Positions 1-13,659 of a DNA stretch of 64,000 nt are shown here, piece by piece (the first letter of the stretch is position 1; every line of letters starts with the position of its first letter). The notes beneath the pieces were generated by a model. That model was not told where the DNA came from and searched no databases. It saw only the letters and a program-made list of their open reading frames with translations. Origin of the DNA: Chiloscyllium plagiosum (lineage: Eukaryota); the NCBI RefSeq assembly GCF_004010195.1, contig NC_057718.1:64715123-64779122 (forward strand), in the 5' to 3' direction. A program made the position numbers and the translations under genes.

Positions 1-309
1 CTCTCTTGGCCTAGGTCAATCTACATGCCTAGTAGAAATAAAGGCAGTCACCTTTTTTTCTTTATTTCTAGGTAATAAAAAAAAATATCTTGTTTTCAGT
101 AGGTATTGATCTGAGCCCCTTGTCTCCCTGGTATCCAGATCACAAGGACTTATGGGTATAAATAGTAGAAGGTCACAGTTCCTCTCTGCTAATGCATTTT
201 ACTGTGATTTAGATGAACCAGTTTAAAGTATAGCCAACTTATACTGCCTTATATTTGTAACAAGTGGTGAAGAAGATATGTGGGAGACATCCAATTATGA
301 ACTAAGACA

Positions 310-630
310 TAAATGTATGATAGAGATTATGCTAGATGCATGTAAAAGGTATAGAAGGCTAAAGCTGGAGTGTACACAATTCTGGTTATTGCATGACAAA
401 TAGGATGTGGTTACACTCGAGAGTACAGAGCAGATTTAGAAGGATGTTGCACCAAACTGAAGATTTCAGTGATGAGGAAAGATCAGATAGGTTGGGTTTC
501 ATTTCTTAGGACAGAGGAAGCCAACTCAACTTAGGTATGAAAAATTATGAAAGGCCCAGTTAGAATTGAGGGAAGAACTATTTCAACTCAATACAGTTTG
601 ATAGCTAGGAGGCAAAGATTTTAAGTAATT
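310..630 (+). mobile_element. Old, heavily decayed CR1-type LINE 3' fragment
   Basis: Degenerate match to the RT C-terminal region seen in younger CR1 copies in this window. Confidence 0.55.
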
Positions 631-3600
631 AGAGTCATAGATAGAGTCACTAAGATGTACAGCACAGAAACAGACCCTTCGGTCCAACTTGTCCATGCCG
701 ACCAGATATCCCAACCCAATCTAGTCCCACCTGCCAGCACCCGGCCCATATCCCTCCAAACCCTTCCTATTCATATATCCACCAAAATGCCTCTTAAATA
801 TTGCAATTGTACCAGCCTCCACCACTTCCTCTGGCAGTTCATTCCACACATGTACCACCTTCTGCGTGAAAACGTTGCCCCTTAGGTCTCTTTTATATCT
901 TTTCCCTCTCACCCTAAACCTATGCCCTCTAGCTCTGGACTCCCCCACCCCAGGGAAAAGACTTTGTCTATTTATCCTATCCATGCCCCTCATGATTTTG
1001 TAAACCTTTATAAGGTCATCCCTCAGCCTCTGACACTCCAGGGAAAACAGCCCCAGCCTATTCAACTTCTCCATATAGCTCAAATCCTCCAACCCTGGCA
1101 ACATCCTTCTAAATCTTTTCTGAACCCTTCAAGTTTCTCAACATCTTTCCGATAGGAAGGAGACCAGAATTGCATGCAATATTCCAACAGTGGCCTAACC
1201 ATGTTCTGTACAACCGCAACATGACTTCCTAACTCCTGTACTCAATACTCTGACCAATAAAGGAAAGCATGCCAAACGCCTTCTTCACTATCCTATCTAC
1301 TTGCTACTCCACTTCAAGGAGCTATGAACCTGCACTCCAAGGTCTCTTTGTTCAGCAACACTCCCTAGGACCTTACCATTAAGTGTATGAGTCCTGCTAA
1401 GATTTGCTTTCCCAAAATGTAGCACCTCACAGTTATCTAAATTAAAGTCCATCTGCCACTTCTCAGCCCATTGGCCCATTTGATCAAGATCCTGTTGTAA
1501 TCTGAGATAAACTTCTTCCCTGTCCACTACACCTCCAATTTGGTGTCATCTGCAAACTTACCAACTATATACCTCTTATGTTCACATCCAAATCATTTAT
1601 GTAAATGATGAAAAGTAGTGGACCCAGCACCGATCCTTGTGGGACTCCACTGGTCACAGACTTCCAATCTGAAAAACAACCCTCCACCACCACCCTCTGT
1701 CTTCTATCTTTGAGCCAGTTCTGTATCCAAATGGTTAGTTCTCCCTGTATTCCATGAGATCTAACCTTGCCAACTGGTCTCCCATGGGGAACCTTGTTGA
1801 ATGCCTTATTGAAGTCCACATAGATCATGTCCACCATTCTGCCCTCATCAATCCCGTTACTTCTTCAAAAAACTCAATCAAGTATTGTAGGACATGATTT
1901 CCCACGCACAAAGCCATATTGACTATCCCTAATCAGTCCTTGCCTTTCCTAATACATGTGCACCCTCATTATCCTTTTGTCCCTGAATGTATTTGTAAAA
2001 ACCCTTTGGATTCTCCTTAACTCTATTTGCCAAAGCTATCTCATGCCCCCTTTTTGCCGTCCTGATTTCCCTCTTAAGATAAACTCCTACTGCCTTTATA
2101 CCCTTTTAAGGATTCACTCGATCTATCCTGTCTATACCTTACATATACTTCTTTCTTTTTCTTAACCAAAACCTCAATTTCTTTCGTCACCCAGCATTCT
2201 CTATTCCTCTCAGCCTTTCCTTTTACCCTAACAGGTATATACTTTCTCTGGACTCTCATTATCTCATTTCGGAAGGTTTCCCATTTTCCAGTCATCCCTT
2301 TACCTACAAACATCTGCCCCCAATCAGCTTTTGAAAGTTCTTGCCTAATACCATCAAAATCAGCCTTCCTCCAATTTAGAACTTCAACTTTTAGATCTAG
2401 TCTATCCTTTTCCATCACTATTTTAAAACTAGTAGAATTATGGTCGCTGTCCCCAAAGTGCTCCCCCACTGACATCTCAGTTCCTGCCCTGCCTTACTTC
2501 CCGAGGGTAGGTCAAGTTTTGCACCTTCTCTAGTAGGTACATCCACATACTGAATCAGAAAATTTTCTTGTACACACTTAACAAATTCCTCTCCATCTAA
2601 ACCCTTAACACATAGTCCCAGTCTATGTTTGGAAAGTTAAAATCCCCTACCATAACCACTCTATTATTCTTACAGATAACTGAGATCTCCTTACAAGTTT
2701 GTTTCTCAATTTCCCACTGACTATTAGGGGGTCTCCTGAGCAGCTCTAGTAAATCTCCCTGCCAGCAAGTTAGTCCCCTTCCAATTTAGGTGCATCCGTC
2801 CTTCTTGTACAGGTCACTTCTACCCCAAAATAGCTTCTAACGATCCAAAAATGTGAATCCTTATCCCATACACCAGCTCCTCAGCCATGCATTCATCTGC
2901 TCTATCCTCCTATTCCTGCCCTCACTAGCCTGTAGCACCGGGAAGAATCCAGATATTACTACTCTCAAGGGCCTCCTTTTTAAATTCTTGCCTAACTCTC
3001 TGTAATCTCCTTTCAGAATCTCAACCATTTCCCTTCCTATGTTATTGGTTCCAATGTGTACAAGGACCTCCTGCTGGTCCCTCTCCCCCTTGAGAACATT
3101 CTGCACCCTCTCTGAGACATCCTTGATCCTGGCACCAGGGAAACAACACACCATTCTGATTTAGATTAGATTAGATTACAGTGTGGAAACAGGCCATTCG
3201 GCCCAACAAGTCCACACCGACCCGCCGAAGCGCAACCCACCCATACCCCTACATTTACCCCTTACCTAACACTACAGGCAATTTAGTATGGCCAATTCAC
3301 CTGACCCGGCACATCTTTGGATGGTGGGAGGAAACCGGAGCACCCGGAGGAAACCCACGCAGACACGGGGAGAACGTGCAAACTCCACACAGTCAGTCGC
3401 CTGAGGCGGGAAATGAACCCGGGACTCTGGCGCTGTGAGGCAGCAGTGCTAACCACTGTGCCACCGTGCCGCCCACTACAGAAATATCTGTGGTGGCCAC
3501 AGAAATATCTGTCTGTACTTCGGAGTAGAGTGTCCCCTAAGACAATCGATCGCTTGGAACCCGACATGCCTCTTATTACATTAGAGCCGGTCTCAATACC

Positions 3601-4600
3601 AGAAACTTGGCTGTTCGTGCTACGTTCCCCTGAGAATCCATCACCCCCTACATTTTCCAAAACAACATACTTATTTGAAATAGGGATAGCCAAAGAAAAC
3701 TCCTACACTTCCTGCCTACCTCTCTTACCTTTCCTGGAATTAACCCATCTATGTGACTGTATCTGAGACTTACCCCCCCCTTCCTAGAACTGCCATCCAT
3801 CACATCCCCTTGTTCTTATGTATTCCTCATTGCCTCTAACTACCTCACCAACTGATCCATTCGATCTGATAGGATTCGCAACCAATGGCATTTATTGCAG
3901 ACATAATCCTCAGTAATCTGTAAACTCTCCCTTATCTCCCACATCTGACAAGAAGAGCATATCACTCTACTAAGGGCCATTTTTGCTTCTTTCAATCTAC
4001 AGACCCAGAAACTAGCACTGTCTTATTCCTCTTACAAAACACTGCTCCAGATTAAATTAATACCTATGGCTTATATTTTAAGTTTAATCAAGAGACATAG
4101 CTCAATAGAACATATAATCAAGAAAGAACCAAATCTACTCAGTACTGCAGACTTATTTTAAGGCCACGTTTAAAACATCTACTTGTCTGTTTTTGTGCTG
4201 TGACCTCTCCCAACAGGTTCCTCCAAAATCAGTTGTGAATCCCACTGTTTTTTAAATTTTCCCAGACGCACTCCAGTGTCCAGTGATACATGAATTCAAC
4301 AGCAAAGGCAGTAACTGCTAACTCTGTCAGTTAACAATATGGCTTTCTTTCTCTCGCTCTCTCCTGCATTTACCTCACCGTGTGCTTCCTTTGTCAGTTC
4401 TACTTCCTTTTAAAAGTGCTGTTGTTTTGACTTTTTTATCTCCAAAATTCCAAAACAATGCGACAGCATATAAAACAGCACTTGCTGCTCCTGGAATTTG
4501 AGGAAATCACCTCCAACACCTAAAACACCTCAAAAAAGGAGCAGCTGTTAGAGCCAGAAATTTTTCCCGTCCTCCATCTTGGATTACCCAGAATCCTCTC
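631..4600 (-). mobile_element. Near-full-length decayed CR1/HER1-type LINE (5' region, ORF1 with esterase-like domain, endonuclease, RT, 3' tail) with internal deletions
   Basis: ORF fragments CCFPGARIKDVSER..VHIGTNN (ORF1 SGNH-like), GDSDHN (EN), [24 protein letters not shown] (RT); 3' tandem tail near 631-650. Confidence 0.93.
3160..3474 (-). mobile_element. HE1-type tRNA-derived SINE inserted in CR1 ORF1
   Basis: GGGCGGCACGGTGGCACAGTGGTTAGCACTGC head on the - strand, (TCTAA)n tail. Confidence 0.92.
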
Positions 4601-5660
4601 CTGCCAAAAGCATTAGAGGGGATTGAGAGAAAAGCTGTTCATCTAGATGGTAGTTGGGATCTGGAACTAGCTGAATGATACATTGATAGATGCAGAAGCT
4701 GGCACTGTAAACAATAAATGCTTGGACATGTACTTGAAGTTATGTAACCTATAGTGATACTGACCAAGTCCTGGAAAGTGTGGTTAGACCAAATAGCTCT
4801 TCTTTAACTGCTGCATGATCATAATGGACTCAATGCAACTTTCCGTTTAGTGCCTTTATTCAATGTTAATATTCTGGTGTTCCATGGAGGTTTGTTTTTG
4901 TGAGCTGTGTTGAGTTATCTCACACAATTCTCCAATGCAAACCTCGTTATGGATGCACCAGGCTCAATGGTAGTTCCCACACTATTGCATGCTCACTGCT
5001 GGGGGTACTCACCACTACTAGGACCTTCCAGGATTTCTGTCACTGGTGCCATTTTTAAAGCCCAGTTCTGTACCAGGCCAATCATTGGTAGCCATGAGTA
5101 GCCAATCACAGTAGGCATAATTGGAGGGAATTGTAAAAGAATAGCTACAGAAGGGACATGAATGACATCCTGCTGGAAACAAAAGCTGACACAGCTGCCC
5201 AGTGCATAACATCTTCCCAGCATTCAGAACTGATAATGGTCCAACTCTTCTGACTGACCTGGAAGGTCAGCCCCGAACAATAAGTGACCATACCTCTTAC
5301 TGGTCTCTGTGAAGCTACCTGATTGAGTCATCACTAATCCCTTGTCTGATTGCACTGAACCTGTAGGACTGACTGTGACCACTCTCCATCTGTAATGATA
5401 CAGACCCCCCTCACCAATCCTGAACATTTCTAATGGCCAAATGAGTGTGTCCAAGCCTCTGGACTAGTATCAGATGATGCCATTTACTTTGCTAATACCG
5501 CTGGCTGATAACAGTCTCCCTTAAATTTGACTGAGAATTGCTCATGTTAGAATTTGAGATGTGGTCATTTGGTAGAGACACATGTCACGTATATGCTGCA
5601 TGAGGTACTGGTGAATGCTGTAGCTGTATTAACATAACATAGTGCCACGCAGAAATTTAG

Positions 5661-5858
5661 GAGAAAATGAGGACTGCAGATGCTGGAGATCAGAGTCAAA
5701 AAATGTGTGCTGGCAAGGCACAGCCGGCCAGGCAGCATCCGAGGAACAGGAGAGTCAGCGTTTCAAGCATAAGCAGCTCATCAAGAATGAAGATCTTATG
5801 CTCGAAACAACGACTCTCCTGCTCCTCCGATGCTGCCTGACTGGCTGAACTTTTCCAC
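5661..5858. mobile_element. Penelope-type palindromic short insert (degenerate)
   Basis: Inverted arms caggcagcatccgagga / cctccgatgctgcctg; same family as 38152, 39302, 9793 and 17193. Confidence 0.7.
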
Positions 5859-6661
5859 ACAGAAGTTTAGTCAGTTCCCTTGAGTGATCATTGCTGGCAG
5901 CCATGCAATGGCTGCTTCGCTTTGTGTCTGTGTGAGAAAGCAAGACAAGTCAAAACTATGGTGAGCAAATATGTTCTGAATGCAGCAGAAAGCTGTAAAA
6001 GGCCAAGGCAATTCAGACCAGTCATGAGCATCTAAGTAGGTGCAAACTGAGTGAGGTGTAAAGAGAACACGCTAAGATCCCAGACATATACCGTGCTCTG
6101 ACCCATGAGACAGGTGCCTATCCCAGAGTAGAGGCATTTTGGTAGCAACATTATAATGCAACATGTCGATGGTCAAACTTGGATGCACAAAACCATTTTA
6201 TTTTTCTTGACATCAGCAATCTAATTGTTTCGATCTTGCCATTTTTCCCAATTGAGTTGCCAATGCCCATATTCTTCAGGGCCTTGGAAAATTCAGCCTG
6301 TGTTTTTAAATGTCTTTCAACTTGGACAGTTCAGTGTGTAGTGGTGTTACTAAGCAACTCTTGGTAATGGACATTGAATTCATTGAAAGAGAGTACATTC
6401 TGTGACCTTGTTACCCAAGTTGTGCTCAATGTAGAGCAGTATTAAATCATTAGTTTAAGGAGGTTAGGAGGTAGGAATCAGTAGAAGGTTTTTTTTGCCT
6501 GTGTTTGACCTAACAAATTAATGGAGTCTGGAATCAATTTAGAGGGCTCCAGGAGTGATCTAAGTGTTGCTACCTGTGGTAGATCCATGTTGGTGATCAG
6601 ATGGGAAAACCCTAAAGGTTACAAAAGAAGGAATCTGGGTGTTGGCTGCAAGATCTTACTC

Positions 6662-7286
6662 TGTGAATATGTGAGAAACAAAGCTCACTCACTTCAATAA
6701 TTTCAGTCCGAGACAAGATCTGAATCAGTAGTATCGTTTATTACGCTCTTGCAAGAGGGCTGTGGTGTCCACTGTCCACAAGGCAGGCACACACACACAC
6801 TGAATTTAACGAGTACACAATATTGATGTCATTCGTTTCTCTTCCCTCCTCCCATTGCTCCTCCCCTGTTTACATCTGTTTCTAATCTAAACCTGGCTGT
6901 TTATCTCTGAACTCATCCGGCCTTGTCCGTGACAAAATGTTTATCTCTGGCCTCACAAGACTGTTTGACCACCTCCCTCTGTGGTCTTATTGTTATTTAT
7001 CCTTCTTCACTGCCATCTGTTTCCGTGCTTTCCAAAGTAATATTTCCTTTTATTCTTTATTTACACAGAGCCTTATGACCTCTTGATGGTGTTTTTTTTT
7101 GTTTTTGCTGAAGCGGAAAATAGATGCTTGTAACTGTTTGTACAGGCAGATCTAGCTTAACCTACACCCCCTCCCCTCACAGCACCTTATCTATTTGTCT
7201 GTAACATCTACCATTGTTTGCAGGCACATTTCATGCTTGTGTGCACATTTTAGCTAATGCAAAAACAATTATATATTTCCTTCACA
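6662..7286 (-). mobile_element. Possible solo LTR (ERV/LTR-like)
   Basis: TGTGA...TCACA ends and AATAAA on - near 6737; no target-site duplication found. Confidence 0.3.
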
Positions 7287-7657
7287 TAGTTTTCATTCTT
7301 GTTAACTCAGCTCTTGGCTGAAACAATTATGCACTGGTGTGAGTTCATTTACCTTGCATACGCTATTATGATTGCAGAAGTAACACTGCTTTACCTATAT
7401 CCCACAGAATATAACTGTGTTGGGCTATTGCTTAAGTAGGTTGTGAGAACTTCCATAATTTTGGCACAAGTCCCTGGATTAGTGAAGAGGACTTTGTAGG
7501 GTTGATTGGGCCTGGTGGAGAAGAGAGGTTAGCTGGGAAAACATTGCAATAATCAATAATCTAAAGGTATGGATGATGGTTTCAGCAGCAAATGTACTGA
7601 CAAACTGTTGATGGTAAGATTTTCCTGATTGCATTTGTTTGTTAACGGTTTGTACAG

Positions 7658-7834
7658 ATTCAGGGAAAAACATAGGAAGCTTGCAAACCAAAGTGATGAC
7701 ACCTTTGATCTTGAAGTTCACATTGTACTTGATGATGTCTTCAAGAATGTTCCAGATAAAGGAGCGCGCACCAGAAAGGGGGTTCTTAATGATCATGTTT
7801 TGTCACTTGTTGAAGCAATAAAGAAAACATGCAG
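7658..7834 (+). pseudogene. chs: Chitin synthase exon A (open, 177 nt, phase 2-2): (R)FREKHRKLANQSDDTFDLEVHIVLDDVFKNVPDKGARTRKGVLNDHVLSLVEAIKKTC(R)
   Basis: Acceptor ggtttgtacag, donor AG|gtatag. Resembles the 'DYYEFE(T/A)HIFFDDAF...VN..V..LV..I' block of animal chitin synthases. Confidence 0.85.
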
Positions 7835-9791
7835 GTATAGTCATTGAAGTTCACACTTTTAGGTATGAGCACCAAACAATGTCCTTAAATTATTCTGGTG
7901 CACAGGAAATGAGTTAACCTCAATATGTGAATCTTTCTCTGTAAAAAAATTGTTGAAATATTTAATTGCAGATGTGAGCTGATAGTGATGACAGGGAAGT
8001 GTACCCTGCAGGCTTTACCAGTCCACTTCAGGTATCTTCAAATTCCTTTTGCCTCCCCCTTTCATTTCCAATATATTTTCTACACTTCAGTTGTGACTAC
8101 TAACCCATAGTTTGTCCTCCCTCAGCAATCTGTCTATGTTGAAGTACTCCCTCTTTCACCCTCACTCCTTGCTGCACTGATCACACTATTGTGTACAAAT
8201 CAAGTGTCCAATCGGTGGTTTCCCATCATGGTCAGTTTCCAACAAGAAACATTAAAAGACTGAGTTTATGAAAAACGGATGGCTATTGAAAGCAAACAAG
8301 AGACCTGTTGTTTGCAACTTGTTCACAGTTTGTGCACAGTTAGATCCTGCTCACAGCTGGTTAATAGAAAGAAAAGTATATGGAGAGGTGTTGGGCCCAG
8401 GATCTTACGGGAAGTCCTGCAAGGCCAGCCAGCTCAAGGTGAGACGAAGCAATGATCAATTAGAGAAGAGTTTTGGAAGCATCAACAGGTGAATATATTT
8501 TAATCAAAAAAGAAAGCAAACCAAAGTGAAACCCACCCACAGCAGCAGGGAATATAAAATAAATTAAAATTTAAAATCCACTCGATGGGAACAAAGTCAT
8601 TTAAAAAATGAGTTCCAATATTATATAGAGAGACCAGACTTTGAGACATGACTTAAAGAGCATTGTTGAGACGACTGAAAGGTAAGCAATAGACATGGTC
8701 ATGCTTTAGATGTGACAGTCATTGCATAACATTTAAGAAGGTAGGGACAAAAAGATTGCAACAAAGTTACTATGATTGATATACCTTAGCCTCAAGATGG
8801 AAGACAGACCCTTAACATATTACAATTAAAGCATGTATTTACATTGTTCAATACTTGAGTATGAACATGTGAACTATAGTAATATGTCACTTGGTTTTAA
8901 AAATGTTAAAGAAAGTAATTTATTTACTTGGCATCTTCTTCCTCCTTCAATTTACTTGAATCAGAGATAACATATCACTTCCAGCTTCACAATTCCACTC
9001 TCTCCGCTCCTGTTCCTGGAATGCTCAGATCAAACAGATGTCTTTGAGACATTTTGATCTTTCTAGCCTTATTATATTCATTCTCAATGCAAACATTTGT
9101 ACCCAAATTGATTGTATGCATTAATAACAGGTATGAACATGGGGGTTTATAGTACATAATATTCTCTGCCACTGTTGACACAGCACAGTGATATTAATAA
9201 GAGCACTTCCACATATAACAGAATGGCATACATATGCATCTCAACTGATATATTTTCAAATATATTACTGATTTCAACTGGATTGACTTTTGCCTTTAGG
9301 GATAGATTAAACCCTGACCTGAAAATGATTTATGGGAACTTCTTTGATAATTGATCTTTTCAAAATACTTCAATGTGTTTGCAGCAATTTAAAAATATTG
9401 ACAAATTTTCTTAATTTTATTAGTAAAATTAGTAACTATTAGTTACAATCGTTAGTAAAATTAATTGAATCAGACCAACCCTGGTAATTGATTAAAATTG
9501 GTTTTACTCTGTTGCCATTGAATATTTACCAAAATGTTGACCTGAATTTTTTTTTCTCTTGTGTGTTGGAAGTTCAGTGAAACGGTACTCATATCCATTG
9601 TTCCTGGTCTTGCCTTCAGTCAAAGTAATTTTCTTGGAATGAACCTCATAAGGTATTCCTTTTAACCAGCACTCTGGGTGAGAGAATGCTTGTAGATCTA
9701 ATCATGTTACTTCAGAGAGGTCTGGACTCAGGCAACACTCTCCCACTGCAACCAGAGCAGGGAGTAGGCAACAGTGGACCCAGTGTCAATA

Positions 9792-10090
9792 GGTGAAAGT
9801 GAAGATTACAGATGCTGGAGGTCAGAGTTGAGAGTGTGGCACTGGAACAGCACAGCAGGTCAGGAAGCATCCGAGGAGCAGGAAAATCGAGGCAAAAGCC
9901 CTTCATCAGGAATGAGCCTGGGAACCTCGGGGTGGAGAGATAAATGGGAGGGGTGTGGGGCTGGGGGGAAGGTAGCTGAAAGTGCGATAGGTGAATGGAG
10001 GTGGTGGTAATGGTTCGAGTCTGTTTGAGGATGCGGCTGAAGAGCTTCAGGGCAGTGGAGATGATCTGGGGGTTGCAGTGAGAATAGGGA
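9792..10090 (-). mobile_element. Penelope-type element fragment
   Basis: Same terminal unit as the other Penelope-type inserts plus adjoining internal sequence; truncated CTGATGAAGGGC motif on -. Confidence 0.65.
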
Positions 10091-10366
10091 CAATATATCT
10101 CAATTGATGACGGGTGGGCAGTAGACACTACCTGTATTATCTGTTATTTAGTTGATTTCAAACATGATTGTGGAAGAGAATTGCCCCCTTCTTATATCTG
10201 TGTCGCAATTTTCATTTTTACCATTTAACCCCTAGCCTGCCAGATATGGCATTGTACTAAGGCAACTGCAAAGTGTCTGTTCAGCAATAAATTAGCTGCT
10301 TCCTTATTTACCAACAAAGTTGGTTTTGACTTGAAAACTTAAAATTAATAGGATTTCTTCTGTTAG

Positions 10367-10534
10367 AGTTTTTCAAGATGACAATCCAATGGTTTCTTCT
10401 AATGAAAATGAAAGAGGCTACAATAACAAAAGTGATCACAACTCCTTAGGAAGGAAAACTGTCTTACATGTTCCTTCATGGAAGTGGTCTACATGTTCAC
10501 CTGAAAGATAAACATCTTACCCAAAAGGTCACAG
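10367..10534 (+). pseudogene. chs: Chitin synthase exon B (disrupted): ...KVITTP*EGKLSYMFLHGSGLHVHLKDKHLTQK/SQ
   Basis: Acceptor ttcttctgttag. Homologous to TPYGGRL..TLP.G..L.VHLKDK..IRHKKRWSQ. TAG at 10447-10449 replaces the Tyr of TPYGG; two frameshifts; KKRW largely deleted before TCACAG|gt. Confidence 0.88.
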
Positions 10535-11612
10535 GTTGTTATGTTTTGTGTTCTTGATGCATCAGAAAAGCAGATTGAAGTGCCATTGAAGTGCCTCAAA
10601 GAACCAGTGACATTTGTAAATTATGTACATTAGCTTATATATAGCCAAGTTCCACAAAACAGCAATGACAGGAATAACAAAATAGTTGGATGTCTTCTGT
10701 ACATCTGCAAAATCTTTTACACCCATCTTTAGTAGGTAGATGGTTTAATGTGTCATCTGTAAGTCAGCACATCTGGCAATGCATCACTAACCCAAGCTCC
10801 CATTACACTGGAATACCATCTAATGATTGCATTAACAAGATGACATTTTCACTTGATGTGTTTTAATTTATTTGTGTTCCTTTTTGTTTTATTGTCAGAA
10901 GTGAGCAGATTTTATGCCACTGTTTTCCAAGACCGACCTGTACTGCTATGTGCTGATCTCAAGAGGGATGATTAATGCAATATGGAAAACTGCTGTGACT
11001 GAAATCTGTGTGCCAGCTTGAATGTCTCTTAAATCAGAGTAAATTAGAACATTTTCTTCCTTTTCCAGAGACATTGTGCAATGGCAGCATTTTAATCTGC
11101 CTCATGATACTTTCAACATTGAATAGATGATTAAGACTCCACTATGCATTGTAGCCAACAGTGGCCATGCAAGCTCATTTGAATGGTGTTTCTTTAAAAA
11201 CTGGCAAAACTCAGATTGTGTTACTTATTGATTAATACTCCTTTTAAAGGCTGCAATGTTGGAAATATTTCTATAGGTGATGTTGGGCATTGAATCATTG
11301 CACCTACATAACAATCAAACCCAGGTCCCTGATTTTTTTTCAGAAAAGTGCTTTTTCTTCCCAGTGACCCTGCTGGCTGAAAAGGAAAATGAGAAAGAGA
11401 ACAAGAAAACAGCAGGGAGATAGTGTGTAGAATGAGAAACAAAATAATGAATGGGGAGTTTGGGTAAGTCCTATATCTGCAATGGTAATTTCACTTTTAT
11501 GCTTAGCGTTTGTCAGTCCCCATCTGTGGAGGGTAGTTTCAGAGCTTCAAAGGATAACATGTAGGGTATTTACACTTATACCTCCATTTTAACTGATGTA
11601 TGTTTTATTTAG

Positions 11613-12054
11613 GTGATGTATATGTACTATCTTCTGGGGTGGAAACTATACAGAAAGCACTTGATTTTGATTACTTACAGTGTGGAAACAGGTCCTTCGG
11701 CCCAACAAGTCCACACCGACCCGCCGAAGCGTAACCCACCCAGACCCATTCCCCTACATTTACCCCATCACCTACCCCTACGGGCAATTTAGCATGGTCA
11801 ATTCACCTAACCTGCACATTTTTGGATTGTGGGAGGAAACCGGAGCACCCCGAGGAAACCCACGCAGACACGGGGAGAATGTGCAAACTCCACACAGAGA
11901 TTCGCCTGAGGCAGGAATTGAACCCGGGTCTCTGGCACTGTGAGGCAACAGTGCTAACCACTATGCCACCGTGTCACCCATGCCACCGTGTCGCCCACTT
12001 ATAGCCCAAAAATTGCATTCAGAGATCTGAGATAAACTTCAGAAACATTTGGAG
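11613..12054 (+). pseudogene. chs: Chitin synthase exon C (VMYMYYLLGWKLYRKH / IAQKLHSEI*DKLQKHLE), split by an HE1 SINE
   Basis: Acceptor tgttttatttag, phase 0, follows ..SQ of exon B; donor GAG|gtgaga. SINE at 11663-11995 flanked by CACTT duplication; in-frame TGA in the distal half. Confidence 0.9.
11663..11995 (-). mobile_element. HE1-type SINE inside chitin synthase exon C
   Basis: CACTT duplication at 11658-11662 and 11996-12000; short duplication of the SINE 5' end. Confidence 0.93.
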
Positions 12055-13659
12055 GTGAGAAAGGTTTTTCAATAAGCTCGTGAAATATGAAAACAATCTG
12101 AATCTCACTCCAATCAATGTCCAATATGAATTAAAAAGTTGTTTAGGTCTGGAGCACAATTTTGATCACTGGCATGATTTCTCTCTGATCTCTAAAACAA
12201 CAAAGAAAAGCCAAGCATATTCATCAGCCCCCATCTCCAGTATTTAAACCTGTCCATCCACAAGTGACATCTTGTTTCATTTGTGAACTGGCAATAAATT
12301 GCAACAGGATAGAAGGCAAAAGACTTTTAGGTGTGTTTATATTGCGTAATTCAAACCCAAGATACCCCCAAGTAATTTACAGAAAACAAAATAGTTGTGA
12401 TGTGCAACCACTGTTTTATTTTATGAAGCATGGCAGCCAGTTGGCACAATGCGAAACTCACCAATACGATAAAGATCGAATAGCTTTATTTTGATATTGA
12501 TTCAAGGATAGAGAACCATAGAAAAAGTGTCATTTCTTTCTCAAAACCATGGCATGGAACCTTGTTACATTCAGCTGAGAAGACAAACAGGGCTTTGATT
12601 TAATGTCTCATCTGCAGGCTCCCTCAGTATTGCATTGGAATGTTCGCCTTGGTCTTTGTTCTCAAGTCTAAATAGAGCTTGAATTCTGAATTTTCTGGGT
12701 CTGAGACAAATGTTGTACATTTTTGCATACTTATGGAGTGAATATAAATGTTATTTATACAGCCAAAGCTTATATCACGAAAGAAATAATACATTTCAAA
12801 AAGCATTTAATCTATTTATGCTTAGCCCTGAGCATTCAGTGACCCATCTGACTAGATATTTATTGCCCTAAAGTTGTTAAACCTGTATTTGTGTCTTCTA
12901 AAGCTGCACTCTCATTTCAAGTTATTGCTTATGTTACAGAGCGGAGGTTGATCCTGCCTCTGTGAGCTAAAAGCCAAAACACCCAAAAGGAGCATCTCTC
13001 CACTTAATTTGTTATAAAATGGAAGTAGTTAAATGAAATGAAATCCTTTCACTCACTCTACAATCAACAACTAACAATTTATTTACCTAACAGTGAACAA
13101 TTTAACAGAACTATTAGCAAACTGACCAATTCCCCTCTAACTACTAACTATTCCCTAATAAAGCAGTCCTAATGGTATGCTGTTTCAATAAAATATAAGT
13201 CACACATGTATAACAAAACAATAGAATTTAGTCTCAAAATTAAGCTGGGATAAGACTTCTGGAATGTTCCTCCTCCTCTCCACTGACCTTCCACCAGGAA
13301 CACCTTTCTCTATCGAATTCTTGGGTCAGGAATATTAGTTAAGAGTGCCAAAGTACATTTTTATATGGTGCTTAATCAGAGAGCTTAAAGATTTGTGAGG
13401 GCCAGACATTTACTCTTCAGTTCGCTCTCACATCAATTTTCAAAAAACCCTCTTCGTATATTCCCTTGATGACTTGTCAATTTTCTTATGATTGTTTTGA
13501 CTACCTGGAACCAATCAGATTTAAATGTAATTGGGTTTTGATATAAAGGGCCTGGTTTAAATTAATTGGCTAATATTCAAGCTGGTTGCCTTAATCATCT
13601 GCAGACCTCACTTTCTCCTTTAATATCAAAACAAGCCTAGGTTGCCAACCACACAGCCA

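Noticed and set aside
251..348. Open stretch IFVTSGEEDMWETSNYELRHKCMIEIMLDACKR|gtatag, phase-compatible with CHS exon A and faintly like ATMWHET
   Set aside because: Its 3' half runs into decayed CR1 sequence, there is no clear acceptor, and the motif match is poor.
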